Positions 18,608-28,798 are shown, numbered from the stretch's first letter. The stretch is 64,000 nt of DNA from an uncultured Verrucomicrobiae bacterium (GCA_943788245.1 CALSPN010000007.1:47446-111445); one strand, 5' to 3'. A program made the numbers and translations. Notes: generated by a model not told the origin, from the sequence alone.

Positions 18608-20992
18608 ATGAATTTCCAGCTCCTCATCAACACCATCACACTTATGGCATGCGTTGGAATCATGACAACGTTGACTGGATCCATAGCTGCTCTGGGAGCA
18701 TTGATGGGGTCAAGCCAATTCAGACGAGGGTTGGTCATCTTGTCCATACTGCACCTCGTTCTCCCACAAATGATGATCCTTTCCTGGTGGCTTGGATTAT
18801 TCGGGGAAACTGGCATTTTGCGTCCCTGGATGGATTGGAATCTCTACTCGCTGACGGGAGCCATTTGGGTCACTACTCTTTTATTCTGGCCTGTGCCTTT
18901 CTTGTCCGCGCTTGGCAGTTTGCAAAGAATCAATCACCAAATATTCGAAGTCGATTCAGGGCTGAGAAATATTCAATTGTGTCGTCATCTGCTTTGGCCT
19001 GCAGCCCGCCCTGCACTGCTTGTCAGCATGAGTATCGTGGTTGTTTTGACACTCAATCAATTCAACATACCCTCACTGCTTCAGGTAAGGACGTGGACAT
19101 CTGATTTGTTCATCACTTTCAGTGCCACTCTGGAATGGCAGGAAATCCAAGGTAGTCTACTTTGGATTGTTACAGGCTCTGCGCTTTTCCTGGTGATAAT
19201 ACACAGACACGATGTCCCATGGCCATCCGCCCCAGTGAGCAATCGCATGCAAACGCTAAAACCTTTTTTTCATCCTTGCTTGGTTATTTTCCTGCAATGC
19301 TGGACCGTCCTTTGGTTTTTGATTTCAACCATCCTGCCGTGTCTGAGCCTTGTCGTTTCGACAAGAACTTGGCAAGAGCTTTCAACAGCAGCGGCGGCTG
19401 GGCAATCCGCCCTGCTCCACAGTCTGGGATTTGGGCTGATAACTGCAACACTCAGCCTCACACTTGGCCTGCTGACTTCTCGCTGGCGATTGAGCAAATT
19501 ACTCTGGATACTCTTCCTGCTGCCCGGATGCGTATGGGGTGCCTCATTTCTGAGCCTTTCACAGCAGGCATGGTTTCCATTGAAGGGATCCCACTGGATC
19601 CTTGCCGTCACCGCACTGACACTGCGCTACGGGGTCCTGGGATGGCTTGGGGCCAGGTTGGCGCAGCAAATTCTGGATAAAGACCTCAGGGACGCTGGAG
19701 AGATGGATGTCCCGTCATCACTCCAAAGATTCCGCCTGATTCAATTACCTCAGACAGGATGGGTGCTCGGCGCAAGTTGGTATGTGGTCTTTTTATTGAG
19801 CTTGTGGGATGCGGATACTTTGATCTTTGTCATTCCGCCGGGAGCGGAAACACTGGCGTTAAGAATTTTTAATTTACTGCACTACGGACATAACGCTCAG
19901 GTCAACGGCCTCACCCTTCTCATGATGTTTTCTGCTCTCACACCGTATATCATCTGGCAACTATGGAGGCTGTTCAAAAAGATCTGCACAAAACAGTATC
20001 ATCATTCGTTGCTCCCTTCCCTGACGACCTGCGGGCTTCTGTGCCTGATGACATCCAGTTGCAATGCTCCAATCTCAAAAGATACAGCCACGAAAGCCAC
20101 ATTGGATTCCAGAATATTTGAAACAGTCATTGTCATCGGCACTCAGGGCCGCAGCCCTGGTTTTTTCATCAAACCAAGATCCCTGACGGTCGATGCCAAC
20201 GACTTTCTTTATGTGGTGGATATGACGGGTCGCGTTCAAAAATTTAATCCTGATGGACAGTATATCCTCCAATGGCAGATGCCCGAACTGGAACGTGGTC
20301 GCCCGAAAGGCATGTGTGTGGATACAGATGGTAATATTGTGGTCGTTGAACCGCATTACGCACGCGTCAACCATTTCACGCCAGATGGACAACTCGTTCG
20401 CCAATGGGGCACCAAAGGATCAGATGAAGGGTCGCTGACATTTCCACGTGCAATAACCACCTTGAGGAACGGAACTCTGGTCATAAGCGAATACCAAACC
20501 GTCGAACGAGTTCAGCGCTTTAGTCCTGACGGTTCAATATTTCTGGGGGCAATCGGAGAGGCAGGGAACAAAAACGCTCAATTCAACCGTCCCGAGGGAT
20601 TGGTGACAAACCTTCAGGACCAAATCTTTGTAGCTGACTCTTGCAACCATCGCATTCAGATTCTTGATGCGGAAGGAAATTGGATTCATGCATTTGGATC
20701 ACCGGGAAAAGGCTTGGATCAAATGAGCTATCCGTATGATCTGGCCATCGACAGAGAGGGGCTTCTCTTTGTTTGCGAATTCGGCAACAGCAGGATACAA
20801 GTATTTGACCGTCATTACAAAACCATGGAAGTGGTGGGAGAACCGGGCAATGCACCTGGAGAATTCAACAATCCATGGTCCATAGCAATGGATTCAAAAG
20901 GTAATTTATACGTGGCAGATTCCGCCAACCACCGTGTCCAGAAGCTAATAAGACGGAAATCCATCGCCCTGACATATCAATCTGAGGAATGA
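18608..20992 (+). CDS. FbpB-like ABC permease fused to an NHL-repeat beta-propeller
   Basis: About 450 aa with many TM helices and PPGAETLALRIFNLLHYG, followed by NHL repeats (FNRPEGL...VADSCNHRIQ; FNNPWSIAMDSKGNLYVADSANHRVQK). Confidence 0.85.
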   Translation: MNFQLLINTITLMACVGIMTTLTGSIAALGALMGSSQFRRGLVILSILHLVLPQMMILSWWLGLFGETGILRPWMDWNLYSLTGAIWVTTLLFWPVPFLSALGSLQRINHQIFEVDSGLRNIQLCRHLLWPAARPALLVSMSIVVVLTLNQFNIPSLLQVRTWTSDLFITFSATLEWQEIQGSLLWIVTGSALFLVIIHRHDVPWPSAPVSNRMQTLKPFFHPCLVIFLQCWTVLWFLISTILPCLSLVVSTRTWQELSTAAAAGQSALLHSLGFGLITATLSLTLGLLTSRWRLSKLLWILFLLPGCVWGASFLSLSQQAWFPLKGSHWILAVTALTLRYGVLGWLGARLAQQILDKDLRDAGEMDVPSSLQRFRLIQLPQTGWVLGASWYVVFLLSLWDADTLIFVIPPGAETLALRIFNLLHYGHNAQVNGLTLLMMFSALTPYIIWQLWRLFKKICTKQYHHSLLPSLTTCGLLCLMTSSCNAPISKDTATKATLDSRIFETVIVIGTQGRSPGFFIKPRSLTVDANDFLYVVDMTGRVQKFNPDGQYILQWQMPELERGRPKGMCVDTDGNIVVVEPHYARVNHFTPDGQLVRQWGTKGSDEGSLTFPRAITTLRNGTLVISEYQTVERVQRFSPDGSIFLGAIGEAGNKNAQFNRPEGLVTNLQDQIFVADSCNHRIQILDAEGNWIHAFGSPGKGLDQMSYPYDLAIDREGLLFVCEFGNSRIQVFDRHYKTMEVVGEPGNAPGEFNNPWSIAMDSKGNLYVADSANHRVQKLIRRKSIALTYQSEE

Positions 20993-23883
20993 GTTTTCAG
21001 TTCACACATCCATGGTTTCTCGCTTGCGCTTTGGTGGCGCTGCCATGGATTGCATACTGGGCTCATCATTCAGACGTTCAGATTGGACCTTGGCGTCGAG
21101 GTTTCGCACTTTTCCTGAGATTTCTGATCACCACCTGTATCATCCTTGCCATGGCAGGTCTTCAATGGCTGCGCCCACTGGAAGGCATGAATTTGATTTA
21201 CCTGTTGGATCGGTCAGAAAGCATCCCCCCCACTCAAAAAGAGGAAGCCCTTCAATACGTTCAGAAGACACTCAATCTGAAAGAAAGTGTTGATCAGGCT
21301 GGCGTGGTGGTATTTGGAAATGAGGCTGCTCTGGAACTACCAGTATTGAAACGTAATGAGCTTCCTGCGGTGCAATCTGTCATCGACAGCTCACGCACCG
21401 ACATAGCATCCGCCATACGGCTGGCGACCGCTGCCTTTCCTGAGAATGGTCAAAAACGCATTGTGTTGCTTTCTGATGGTAACGAAAACCTTGGTGAATC
21501 TCTACCGGCGCTCAGAAGTGCCGTTCCGCTGGGAGTCACGATAGATGTTTACCCAATGGGAGCCCAGCGAGGTCAGGATGTCTCTGTTCAACGCATCGGT
21601 GTGCCTTCGCTCGTCAAGAGCGGCAGCTCCTTTGATGCCAAGATTTTCGCTACAGCAGATCAACCTGAAGAAGCTACCCTCAGGTTATTTATCAATGATC
21701 AATTGATTGGTGAGGAAGATGTTCAACTCAAGCCCGGCAAAAACCTCTTTACCATCCCTCAAATACTGACCGAACCAGGCTTTTATACTTATGATGTGCA
21801 ATTGGTTGCCAATGGCGATTCCGTCGCACAAAACAATCGAGCGATCGGTTTTGCCACCGTTAGGGGGGATCCACGAGTGCTACTTATCTCCGAGAGTTTC
21901 AGTGCGGATGCGAGTCTGATTGATGCTCTTGAAAGCTCACAATTGAACGTCGATATCCGCCCCCCCTCAGAGCTGCCAGAAACATTACCCGAACTCCAGA
22001 GCTTTGATTCCATTTTTCTGAGCAATGTGGCCGCTGGTGATTTCAGTATGGATCAAATGCGTTTGCTGCAAAGTGCCGTTCGCGATTTTGGTGTGGGACT
22101 GGTTTGTATTGGCGGCGATCAATCCCTTGCCGCCGGAGGCTACCGAGGCACTCCTCTTGAAACGGTATTGCCACTCGAGATGGAGTTGAACAGTAAAAAA
22201 ATCCTGCCCAACGGTGCGTTGGCCATGGTCATGCATGGCATGGAATTCAGTAACGGAAATCAAATTGCAAGACAGGTCGCTGTTGGGGTCATGAACACCA
22301 TGGCAGCAAAGGATGAGTTGGGAATTGTGCTTTGGGATGGCTCTGAGAAGTGGTTATTCCCCCTGACCCCGGTGAAGAACAAACAGGCGATGGGCCGGGA
22401 AATCATGGGGATGAATCAGGGCGATTTGCCCGATTTCCAAAATATCATGAGTTTGGCTTTTGAAGGCCTACAGGAATCCAATGCCAACATCAAACACATG
22501 ATTATTTTCAGTGACGGGGATCCTGGAGCGCCCTCCAAGACGCTTTTGGATGAGCTTGTGAAAAACAAGATCACCGTCACAACCATCCTGATCGCAGGTC
22601 ATGCAGGACCGGATACCATGCAGTGGATCGCTGAAAATGGCCAAGGTCGTTTCTATGAAGTGCAAAACCCGAACATGCTGCCTCAGATTTTCATGAAAGA
22701 GGCTGCTGTGATTCTCAAAAGTGCCATCATCGAAACCCCTTTCAAACCCATCCTGACCAGTTCCTCTGAACCCGTCAGAGGCATTGCTCCCGAAGCTTAC
22801 CCTCAATTACTGGGCTATGTTGGAAGCTCTCCAAAGCCACGCGCAGAAGTGCCGCTCGTGTCTGATCAGGGAGACCCTATCTTTGCTCACTGGCAATATG
22901 GACTGGGGCGGGCAGCAGCCTTTACTTCGGATGCGCGGTCAAAATGGGCAGCCTCCTGGATCACATGGGATAAGTACCGCCAATTCTGGACGCAAATCGC
23001 GCGCTGGAGTTTGAGGCGGGTCGAAAACAGTGATTTCACAACGGAGGTTTCAGTCGACAAAGGTGTTGGATCCATCAGCGTTGAAGCTCTTGATACAGAG
23101 GGACAATTCCGCAATTTTCTCGATTTACGTGCCAAAGTCGTGAGCCCAACCGGTGAGAGTCAGGATATTCGACTTGAGCAGACATCACCTGGCAGATATG
23201 AAGTCAAATTCCCGGCCAGGGAAATCGGTGCCTACACCGTGAACCTAAGTGAATATGAAGCAGGGAAATCCAAGGCAATGCAGGTCATCGGAGCAAGCGT
23301 GAATTTTTCGCCCGAATATCTCAGCAGTGAGACCAACATGCATCTCCTTTCCCAGATGGCAAAGGAGGGCAAAGGTATCATGATTGAGCCGGGCAATCTT
23401 GCAGGCAATCCTTTTAAAAGAGATCGGAAGCGCACTTTCCAGGCGCGCGACCTTTGGCCCTGGTTATTAATGAGCGCGATATTGTTCTTCCCTGTTGATG
23501 TTGGCATTCGCCGTATACAGCTGGAACCCGAAGAGCTCAAAAAAGCATGGGAGTGGATACGACGGAATCTCTTATTCTTTGGATCCAAAAAACAAGAGGT
23601 CAAACGAGATGAAGCCATGGAAGCCCTGCTCAGTCGGCGTAACGCCGTGCGCGCGAACAGAAACGCAAAAAAAGTTCCAGAACCAGGGGAGGATCTGTTT
23701 GAGGTTGAAAATAAAGACCCCATTGTCTTGGACAAAACGTTGAAAACAGAGCCAGAAGTCCAAAATAAAACCTATCAAGTTGATTCTGAAAAGGAAACAT
23801 CAATGGACCCTCAAGAAAAGGACAACGACTCGATGGCTAGCCGGCTTTTGGCGGCAAAACGCAAGAATAAGCCCAAGTCGTGA
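20989..23883 (+). CDS. BatA-like + vWA + class I glutamine amidotransferase-like + second vWA membrane protein
   Basis: MSFQFTHPW, LLDRSES and LLSDGNEN; GGDQSLAAGGYRGTPLE; WQYGLGRAAAFTSD; ATGA overlap with the upstream gene. Confidence 0.85.
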   Translation: MSFQFTHPWFLACALVALPWIAYWAHHSDVQIGPWRRGFALFLRFLITTCIILAMAGLQWLRPLEGMNLIYLLDRSESIPPTQKEEALQYVQKTLNLKESVDQAGVVVFGNEAALELPVLKRNELPAVQSVIDSSRTDIASAIRLATAAFPENGQKRIVLLSDGNENLGESLPALRSAVPLGVTIDVYPMGAQRGQDVSVQRIGVPSLVKSGSSFDAKIFATADQPEEATLRLFINDQLIGEEDVQLKPGKNLFTIPQILTEPGFYTYDVQLVANGDSVAQNNRAIGFATVRGDPRVLLISESFSADASLIDALESSQLNVDIRPPSELPETLPELQSFDSIFLSNVAAGDFSMDQMRLLQSAVRDFGVGLVCIGGDQSLAAGGYRGTPLETVLPLEMELNSKKILPNGALAMVMHGMEFSNGNQIARQVAVGVMNTMAAKDELGIVLWDGSEKWLFPLTPVKNKQAMGREIMGMNQGDLPDFQNIMSLAFEGLQESNANIKHMIIFSDGDPGAPSKTLLDELVKNKITVTTILIAGHAGPDTMQWIAENGQGRFYEVQNPNMLPQIFMKEAAVILKSAIIETPFKPILTSSSEPVRGIAPEAYPQLLGYVGSSPKPRAEVPLVSDQGDPIFAHWQYGLGRAAAFTSDARSKWAASWITWDKYRQFWTQIARWSLRRVENSDFTTEVSVDKGVGSISVEALDTEGQFRNFLDLRAKVVSPTGESQDIRLEQTSPGRYEVKFPAREIGAYTVNLSEYEAGKSKAMQVIGASVNFSPEYLSSETNMHLLSQMAKEGKGIMIEPGNLAGNPFKRDRKRTFQARDLWPWLLMSAILFFPVDVGIRRIQLEPEELKKAWEWIRRNLLFFGSKKQEVKRDEAMEALLSRRNAVRANRNAKKVPEPGEDLFEVENKDPIVLDKTLKTEPEVQNKTYQVDSEKETSMDPQEKDNDSMASRLLAAKRKNKPKS

Positions 23884-24049
23884 GCATTCATGCCCTGACA
23901 CTTGAAACATTTAGGGCAAATTTTTGAAGATTAGACTCGGTTTTAGAAGAAAATCATTGCCTGACACCTCATAAATATGGCTTGATTCTTGCGGTCAATC
24001 GACAAGGACCCTAGGCTTGCCCTTTGGATATTATTCGGGTTTTGTGAAT

Positions 24050-24340
24050 ATGAAGACAGATCTAAATGGTTGTCGGGCAACGGTTCATTATTCAGGCCGC
24101 GTGCAAGGTGTTGGATTCAGGTATGCAGTGAAATCACTGGCACCGGGTTACGATGCAACTGGGACGGTAAAAAACCTTCCTGATGGAAGAGTCGAACTGC
24201 TTCTGGAAGGCGAACGAGAAGAGCTGGAAGCCTTTATCGAAGCTGTGCACGATTCGGGACTCGGACCGTTGATTCGGGACGAAAGCTGTCACTGGTCAGA
24301 ATCAAGCGGAGAGCTTAGGGGATTTGAAATAATACGATAG
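24050..24340 (+). CDS. acyP: Acylphosphatase
   Basis: SGRVQGVGFRY and GTVKNLPDGRVE. Confidence 0.93.
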   Translation: MKTDLNGCRATVHYSGRVQGVGFRYAVKSLAPGYDATGTVKNLPDGRVELLLEGEREELEAFIEAVHDSGLGPLIRDESCHWSESSGELRGFEIIR

Positions 24341-24364
24341 ACTGCATTTTTGGGATCATAGATA

Positions 24365-25087
24365 ATGAAATACGCGATTATCGCAGACATTCACGGGAAT
24401 TTAGAAGCATTTCAAACGGTGTTGAAAGATGCCGAAGAGAACGAATGCACGCATTACGCCTGCCTTGGAGATGTAGTGGGCTATAATGCCAACCCCAAGG
24501 AGTGCTTGGATATTGTTCGAAAAATGGGCATGCCATGCGTCAAGGGCAACCACGACGAATACTGCTCCATGGAGGGTGACCTGGAGGGTTTCAATCCACA
24601 CGCCAAAGCGGCGATCGAGTGGACTCAGGACAGACTCACAGAGGACGACCGCACCTGGCTGCGAGAGCTCAAATATTTCAGACTGGTTGCAAACTTTTCC
24701 ATTGTCCACGCCACACTCGATGCCCCTGAGCGCTGGGGGTATGTTTTCAACAAACTCGAAGCAGCCTCCAGCTTTACCTACCAAAACACTAAGGTCTGCT
24801 TTTTTGGGCACACGCACGTACCGGTTGCCTTTGTCCGGGACGCAACCATCCGAGGGGGCACCTACTCCAAATTCAAAGTGGAACCAGGCAAAAAATACTT
24901 CGCGAATGTAGGAAGTGTTGGCCAATCACGCGATGGAGTTCCGAAAGCGACCTACGTGATTTTCGATCTCAAGGAAAGCACTATCGAGCTTCGCCGCCTC
25001 GACTACGACATGGAGACCACCATGAGGAAAATTCGGGAGGCCGGTCTTCCTGAACGCCTGGCAGAACGACTGCCTCAGGGGAGATAG
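24365..25087 (+). CDS. Calcineurin-like metallophosphoesterase
   Basis: DIHGN, GDVVGY, GNHD, GHTH and NVGSVGQ. Confidence 0.93.
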   Translation: MKYAIIADIHGNLEAFQTVLKDAEENECTHYACLGDVVGYNANPKECLDIVRKMGMPCVKGNHDEYCSMEGDLEGFNPHAKAAIEWTQDRLTEDDRTWLRELKYFRLVANFSIVHATLDAPERWGYVFNKLEAASSFTYQNTKVCFFGHTHVPVAFVRDATIRGGTYSKFKVEPGKKYFANVGSVGQSRDGVPKATYVIFDLKESTIELRRLDYDMETTMRKIREAGLPERLAERLPQGR

Positions 25088-25266
25088 AATACCTGCTAAT
25101 CAGTGGGGATGGCGTATGACTTGTCAAATGTCAGTCATGGTTGTTCCATAGCTGACAGAGACGACCTGAAATGATCAAGAAATGCCTTGAGCTGAATTTT
25201 CTGCAAAACATCGACAGGAGTTTGAGCAGTGAAGAAAGCACGGGATTACTTGAGTGGGGCGCAGGG

Positions 25267-25500
25267 TTAATCACCTCCGGGGTTTCTATCCCAGCGACCG
25301 TTAACAATCCTTCTGTATACAGCATATCCACAAAACGTAATCGTAATCATGATTCCGCCAAATGAGGGTATGAATCCGACTTTATCGTAGTCCTTGACTG
25401 CTGCGTATATGGCAAATGCTGATATTGCGGTAAGAATTCCACCATGCAACCAGTCGTGAATTTTGCTAGGTTTGGTTCGCGGTTTTTCTGATATACACAA
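25267..25500 (-). CDS. Small 2-TM hypothetical protein or gene fragment
   Basis: Two hydrophobic segments, TTG start, stop codons just upstream in frame; probably a fragment. Confidence 0.3.
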   Translation of the reverse strand: MCISEKPRTKPSKIHDWLHGGILTAISAFAIYAAVKDYDKVGFIPSFGGIMITITFCGYAVYRRIVNGRWDRNPGGD

Positions 25501-25682
25501 TAAACGCCATAGAAAACCGAATCACGCCACGAAAAACCCCTCCAGCCAAAGCCAGTGGGGTTTGATTGAGTATGAACCGCTTTCGCACTAACGATGATCA
25601 ACGACCTCTTCAGATTAAACAACGCCGATGTGGTGCAAATCCTGACACAGAAAAACTCTCCATGAGTATCCAGCAGCAGAGT

Positions 25683-26084
25683 TCACTCAGGCTGGGATGA
25701 TTCTGGCCAGTCATCCGGATTGGTGCCGTGCTTTTGAACCCACTCGGCGTAGATATGTTTGTATTTGCTGGAACTTTTGAGGGTAGACCGTAATCCCAGG
25801 AGACCACCCACTCCACTGAACACAGTGATCATCAGTTCGATCTGTTCACCAGACGAGATCCACCGAGCAAGGCTTAAGAGAGATGCGCCTGAGCAAACAA
25901 CCCAGCAAAGGATAATAGGTAAAAGGCCAGGCTGGTGTAACATTTTGCTGCAGCTCATGCAGTGTACTGAGTGAAAACCACTACCCGTATCACCGTTAGT
26001 GACCCAGTCTCCTTGTTTTGTTTCAGATTGACAATACGGTCGACCACAGTTGAAACAGTAATAATACTTAAGCCAAGTTACCAT
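25683..26084 (-). CDS. Hypothetical Zn-ribbon (2x CxxC) 2-TM protein, paralog A
   Basis: CFNC...CMSC, two TM segments, C-terminal IYAEWVQKHGTNPDDW shared with the adjacent ORF. Confidence 0.7.
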   Translation of the reverse strand: MVTWLKYYYCFNCGRPYCQSETKQGDWVTNGDTGSGFHSVHCMSCSKMLHQPGLLPIILCWVVCSGASLLSLARWISSGEQIELMITVFSGVGGLLGLRSTLKSSSKYKHIYAEWVQKHGTNPDDWPESSQPE

Positions 26085-26150
26085 AATCTATGCCCTGCAC
26101 GGTTCGCTGAATCACCCCAAGCCCTCCCCTTGAGTATACAGTGGTTTATA

Positions 26151-26534
26151 CTAATCAAGTTCGGAGGAAACATTCCACCCGCTAGGGTCGCTGCCGTGCT
26201 TTTCAATCCATCGATCGTAAATGGGCTTACATCGTTTTCTCATTCGGAAAAATGGAAACAAAGGAGCAGCGCTTAACAAAACAAAAGCCCATGCATCAGG
26301 ATTGTTTGTAGATAATGCAATCGCGAATGCAACTGATGACACCCCGAGGGCGGGCAATGAAACATTTCGCCAGAATGTGGGTGATAGTGATTCGAACGAA
26401 AAACCACAATAAAGACAATAAGAAAAAGCACCCCCTTTATTATCCCACGTTATGAACTTCACAACTCTGCGTCTCGTCTTAAGGAAGGGCCTATCGCATT
26501 CAGAGCAGTATATATAATTACACCAGCCAGCCAT
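26151..26534 (-). CDS. Hypothetical Zn-ribbon (2x CxxC) 2-TM protein, paralog B
   Basis: CSEC...CLYC, two TM segments, IYDRWIEKHGSDPSGW; start placed at 26534 by alignment to paralog A. Confidence 0.7.
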   Translation of the reverse strand: MAGWCNYIYCSECDRPFLKTRRRVVKFITWDNKGGAFSYCLYCGFSFESLSPTFWRNVSLPALGVSSVAFAIALSTNNPDAWAFVLLSAAPLFPFFRMRKRCKPIYDRWIEKHGSDPSGWNVSSELD

Positions 26535-27219
26535 ACTTATTAAACGCCATAAATCTCCCAAAAGGGCCATTATAAATTCATATTGGATTTGTAGTCACAT
26601 CATGCTGCTTACAATCCTCTCCTGAAGATCCAAAAGCCAAGGGAGGGTCAGGGCAAAATGAAAGACACGAGAAAAAGGACTTACAGGTACACACCTGGTA
26701 TTTAATGCTGTTAGACCGTAGATCGATCCTGCTTAACGCCCAATCACATGTTGTTTTTTAAAACACATGGATGTTCATGCCTTGCCCGTATCCACCGATG
26801 ATAGTTGAAGGAGAAAAGAATCCTTGTGATTTCTTTTCACAGCATTTACCCACTGCTAATTTTGGCCGCGACTATTAACCACAACTTAAACCACTGCCTG
26901 CCTGTGATTTGCCATCAATCGCTTCCCCTGATATTAATGAAGACGCACGTTGAAGTTGGCAGTCGCATGCTTGCGAGTCTCGGCAGCAACCAATCAGTAT
27001 GGACATGGATTCGACAGACAAAACAGGCCATTGATGCGTTTGCAGATTTGGGTCGATTTCAGCTTCAGAAGATTTTTCATGAGGTATGGGGATGCATGTC
27101 GCTCCACTATCAAACCGCTTACATTTTTTGCCTCATAGATACACAAAATGAGACCGTCGAAGGCCTCATCCCATCAATAAAACTTGACCAAGGCGCCCTA
27201 CACACCAATATCCATGATC

Positions 27220-27525
27220 ATGCACATACAGATTATAAACTTCAATCTCAACGACTTATCGCATGAGGATTATTCAAGAGCCTGCAACGATATCGCACAA
27301 AATTTTGCAGATCTCCCTGGGCTGGTCTCAAAACACTGGCTTGCGAACGAGGACACGAACACCTACGGAGGCGTCTACTTTTGGGAGTCCAGGGAAGCTA
27401 TGGAAAATTACCTTAAATCGGAAGTGTTTGCGCAGGTTGCCAACAATCCTGCCTTCGCGAATGCGGCTTCCAAGGACTTTGCTATTTTAGAAGGCCCAAC
27501 AAAAACAACTCGCGGGGTTACATGA
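27220..27525 (+). CDS. YdhR-family putative monooxygenase
   Basis: PGLVSKHWLANEDTNTYGGVYFWES. Confidence 0.85.
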   Translation: MHIQIINFNLNDLSHEDYSRACNDIAQNFADLPGLVSKHWLANEDTNTYGGVYFWESREAMENYLKSEVFAQVANNPAFANAASKDFAILEGPTKTTRGVT

Positions 27526-27616
27526 GCTAAGAAAGACAAATGGTTTATGATGTTTCACTAGCTTGAGTGGCACATCATTTCGATACGCTTGAGTCTTTTT
27601 CTTCCAGGTAATTTTT

Positions 27617-28357
27617 TTAACGTCTACTCGTCAGGTGTCTCCGAAGTAGAATAACTACCTCTCGATTGCCTTGCACTGTGGCGAGACTCAAAGGTGTATG
27701 GCCATTGACAGCTACTGCCTTAAGATCTGCCCCCTCGGAGATGAGCAGTTCGCATACTTCCTCGATGCCATTGACAGCAGCAAGGTGCAGCGGAGTAGCG
27801 TCTTCTCTGTTTCTTGCATTGATGTTCGCACCAGCGGCGATGAGAAGCTCAATTATTCTTACATTTGGAGCTCCTCTCACTATGTTGAGTTTTTTTGCAC
27901 TTAGTTCTGGGTTTTTCGCATAATCGTGGCCTATTTCACCCAACACTCCAACAGAAACAGCCAAGTGTAAGCATGTCATCTTGGCGGGGGTGCTGACGTT
28001 CACATCTGCACCCTCGGAGATGAGCAGTTCCACCATCTCAAAATGATCCTCAGCCATGGCTGCATGAAGAGGGTGAAAAAGACTCCGTCGTCATCCACTG
28101 AGTCAAGCTCCGCGCCACCGGCGATGGGTAACTTGGCTAATTCGGTATGTCCCAACCATGCCGCCGTGTGTAAGCATGTCCTTCCGTCTTTCACTGGCGT
28201 TGACATCAGTGCCAAACTCAAGGTGTTCTTTCAGAGTTTTGATATCCCCTCGCTCAACAGCTTCATGTATGGATATTTTTGGCGCGGAAGGTCCACAGCC
28301 GGTGAGGATGAATCCAAGCAGTAAAGAGAAGAGCGTTTGATTTCTCATAAGCTTCAT
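27617..28357 (-). pseudogene. Ankyrin-repeat lipoprotein broken over three frames
   Basis: ILTGC lipobox plus IHEAVERGD...GTDVNA, then GRTCLHTAAWLGH, then ATPLHLAA/GHTPLSLA in successive frames; breaks near 28195 and 28075. Confidence 0.75.
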
Positions 28358-28419
28358 GTTGTGCGTGAGTGACTGTGTTTTTACCACTTATTATTTTGAG
28401 CTAATTTTATAGTATACTT

Positions 28420-28665
28420 TCAGTGATTGGCTGCATTGGGCCTGATATGAAAAGCGTTTCGGACAAACTCGGAAACAAGGTATGTTACACGCCAAGGCTT
28501 GTCGGACTGCTCAAGTGATCGCGTCAATTTATCCTCCGCGATCTTTGCAGCAAATCGCTTTGAGTTTACACCAGTCGAGACAGTTTGAACTTTGCCCAAA
28601 ATGGTGTTTTTCGCGTAGAAGGTATTACCACGCTTGGATAGCGCAATTTAAGTGGATGATTTCAT
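28420..28665 (-). pseudogene. Probable remnant of a tyrosine-integrase N-terminal arm-binding region
   Basis: Hand translation: MKSST*IALSKRGNTFYAKNTILGKVQTVSTGVNSKRFAAKIAEDKL...; starts about 57 bp after the tRNA 3' end; no catalytic domain present. Confidence 0.45.
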
Positions 28666-28721
28666 GTTGATGTAACTGGCCACCAACAAGAAGCGAACAA
28701 TCGGTGCGGCTATAAAAAAAA

Positions 28722-28798
<77 letters not shown>

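Noticed and set aside
25090-25300. attL/attR copy of the tRNA-Arg 3' end
   Set aside because: No TGGTACACCCG-like duplicate seen at the distal islet boundary.
26805-27266. 153-aa plus-strand ORF
   Set aside because: TTG start, no recognisable motifs, overlaps ydhR; probably spurious within decayed DNA.
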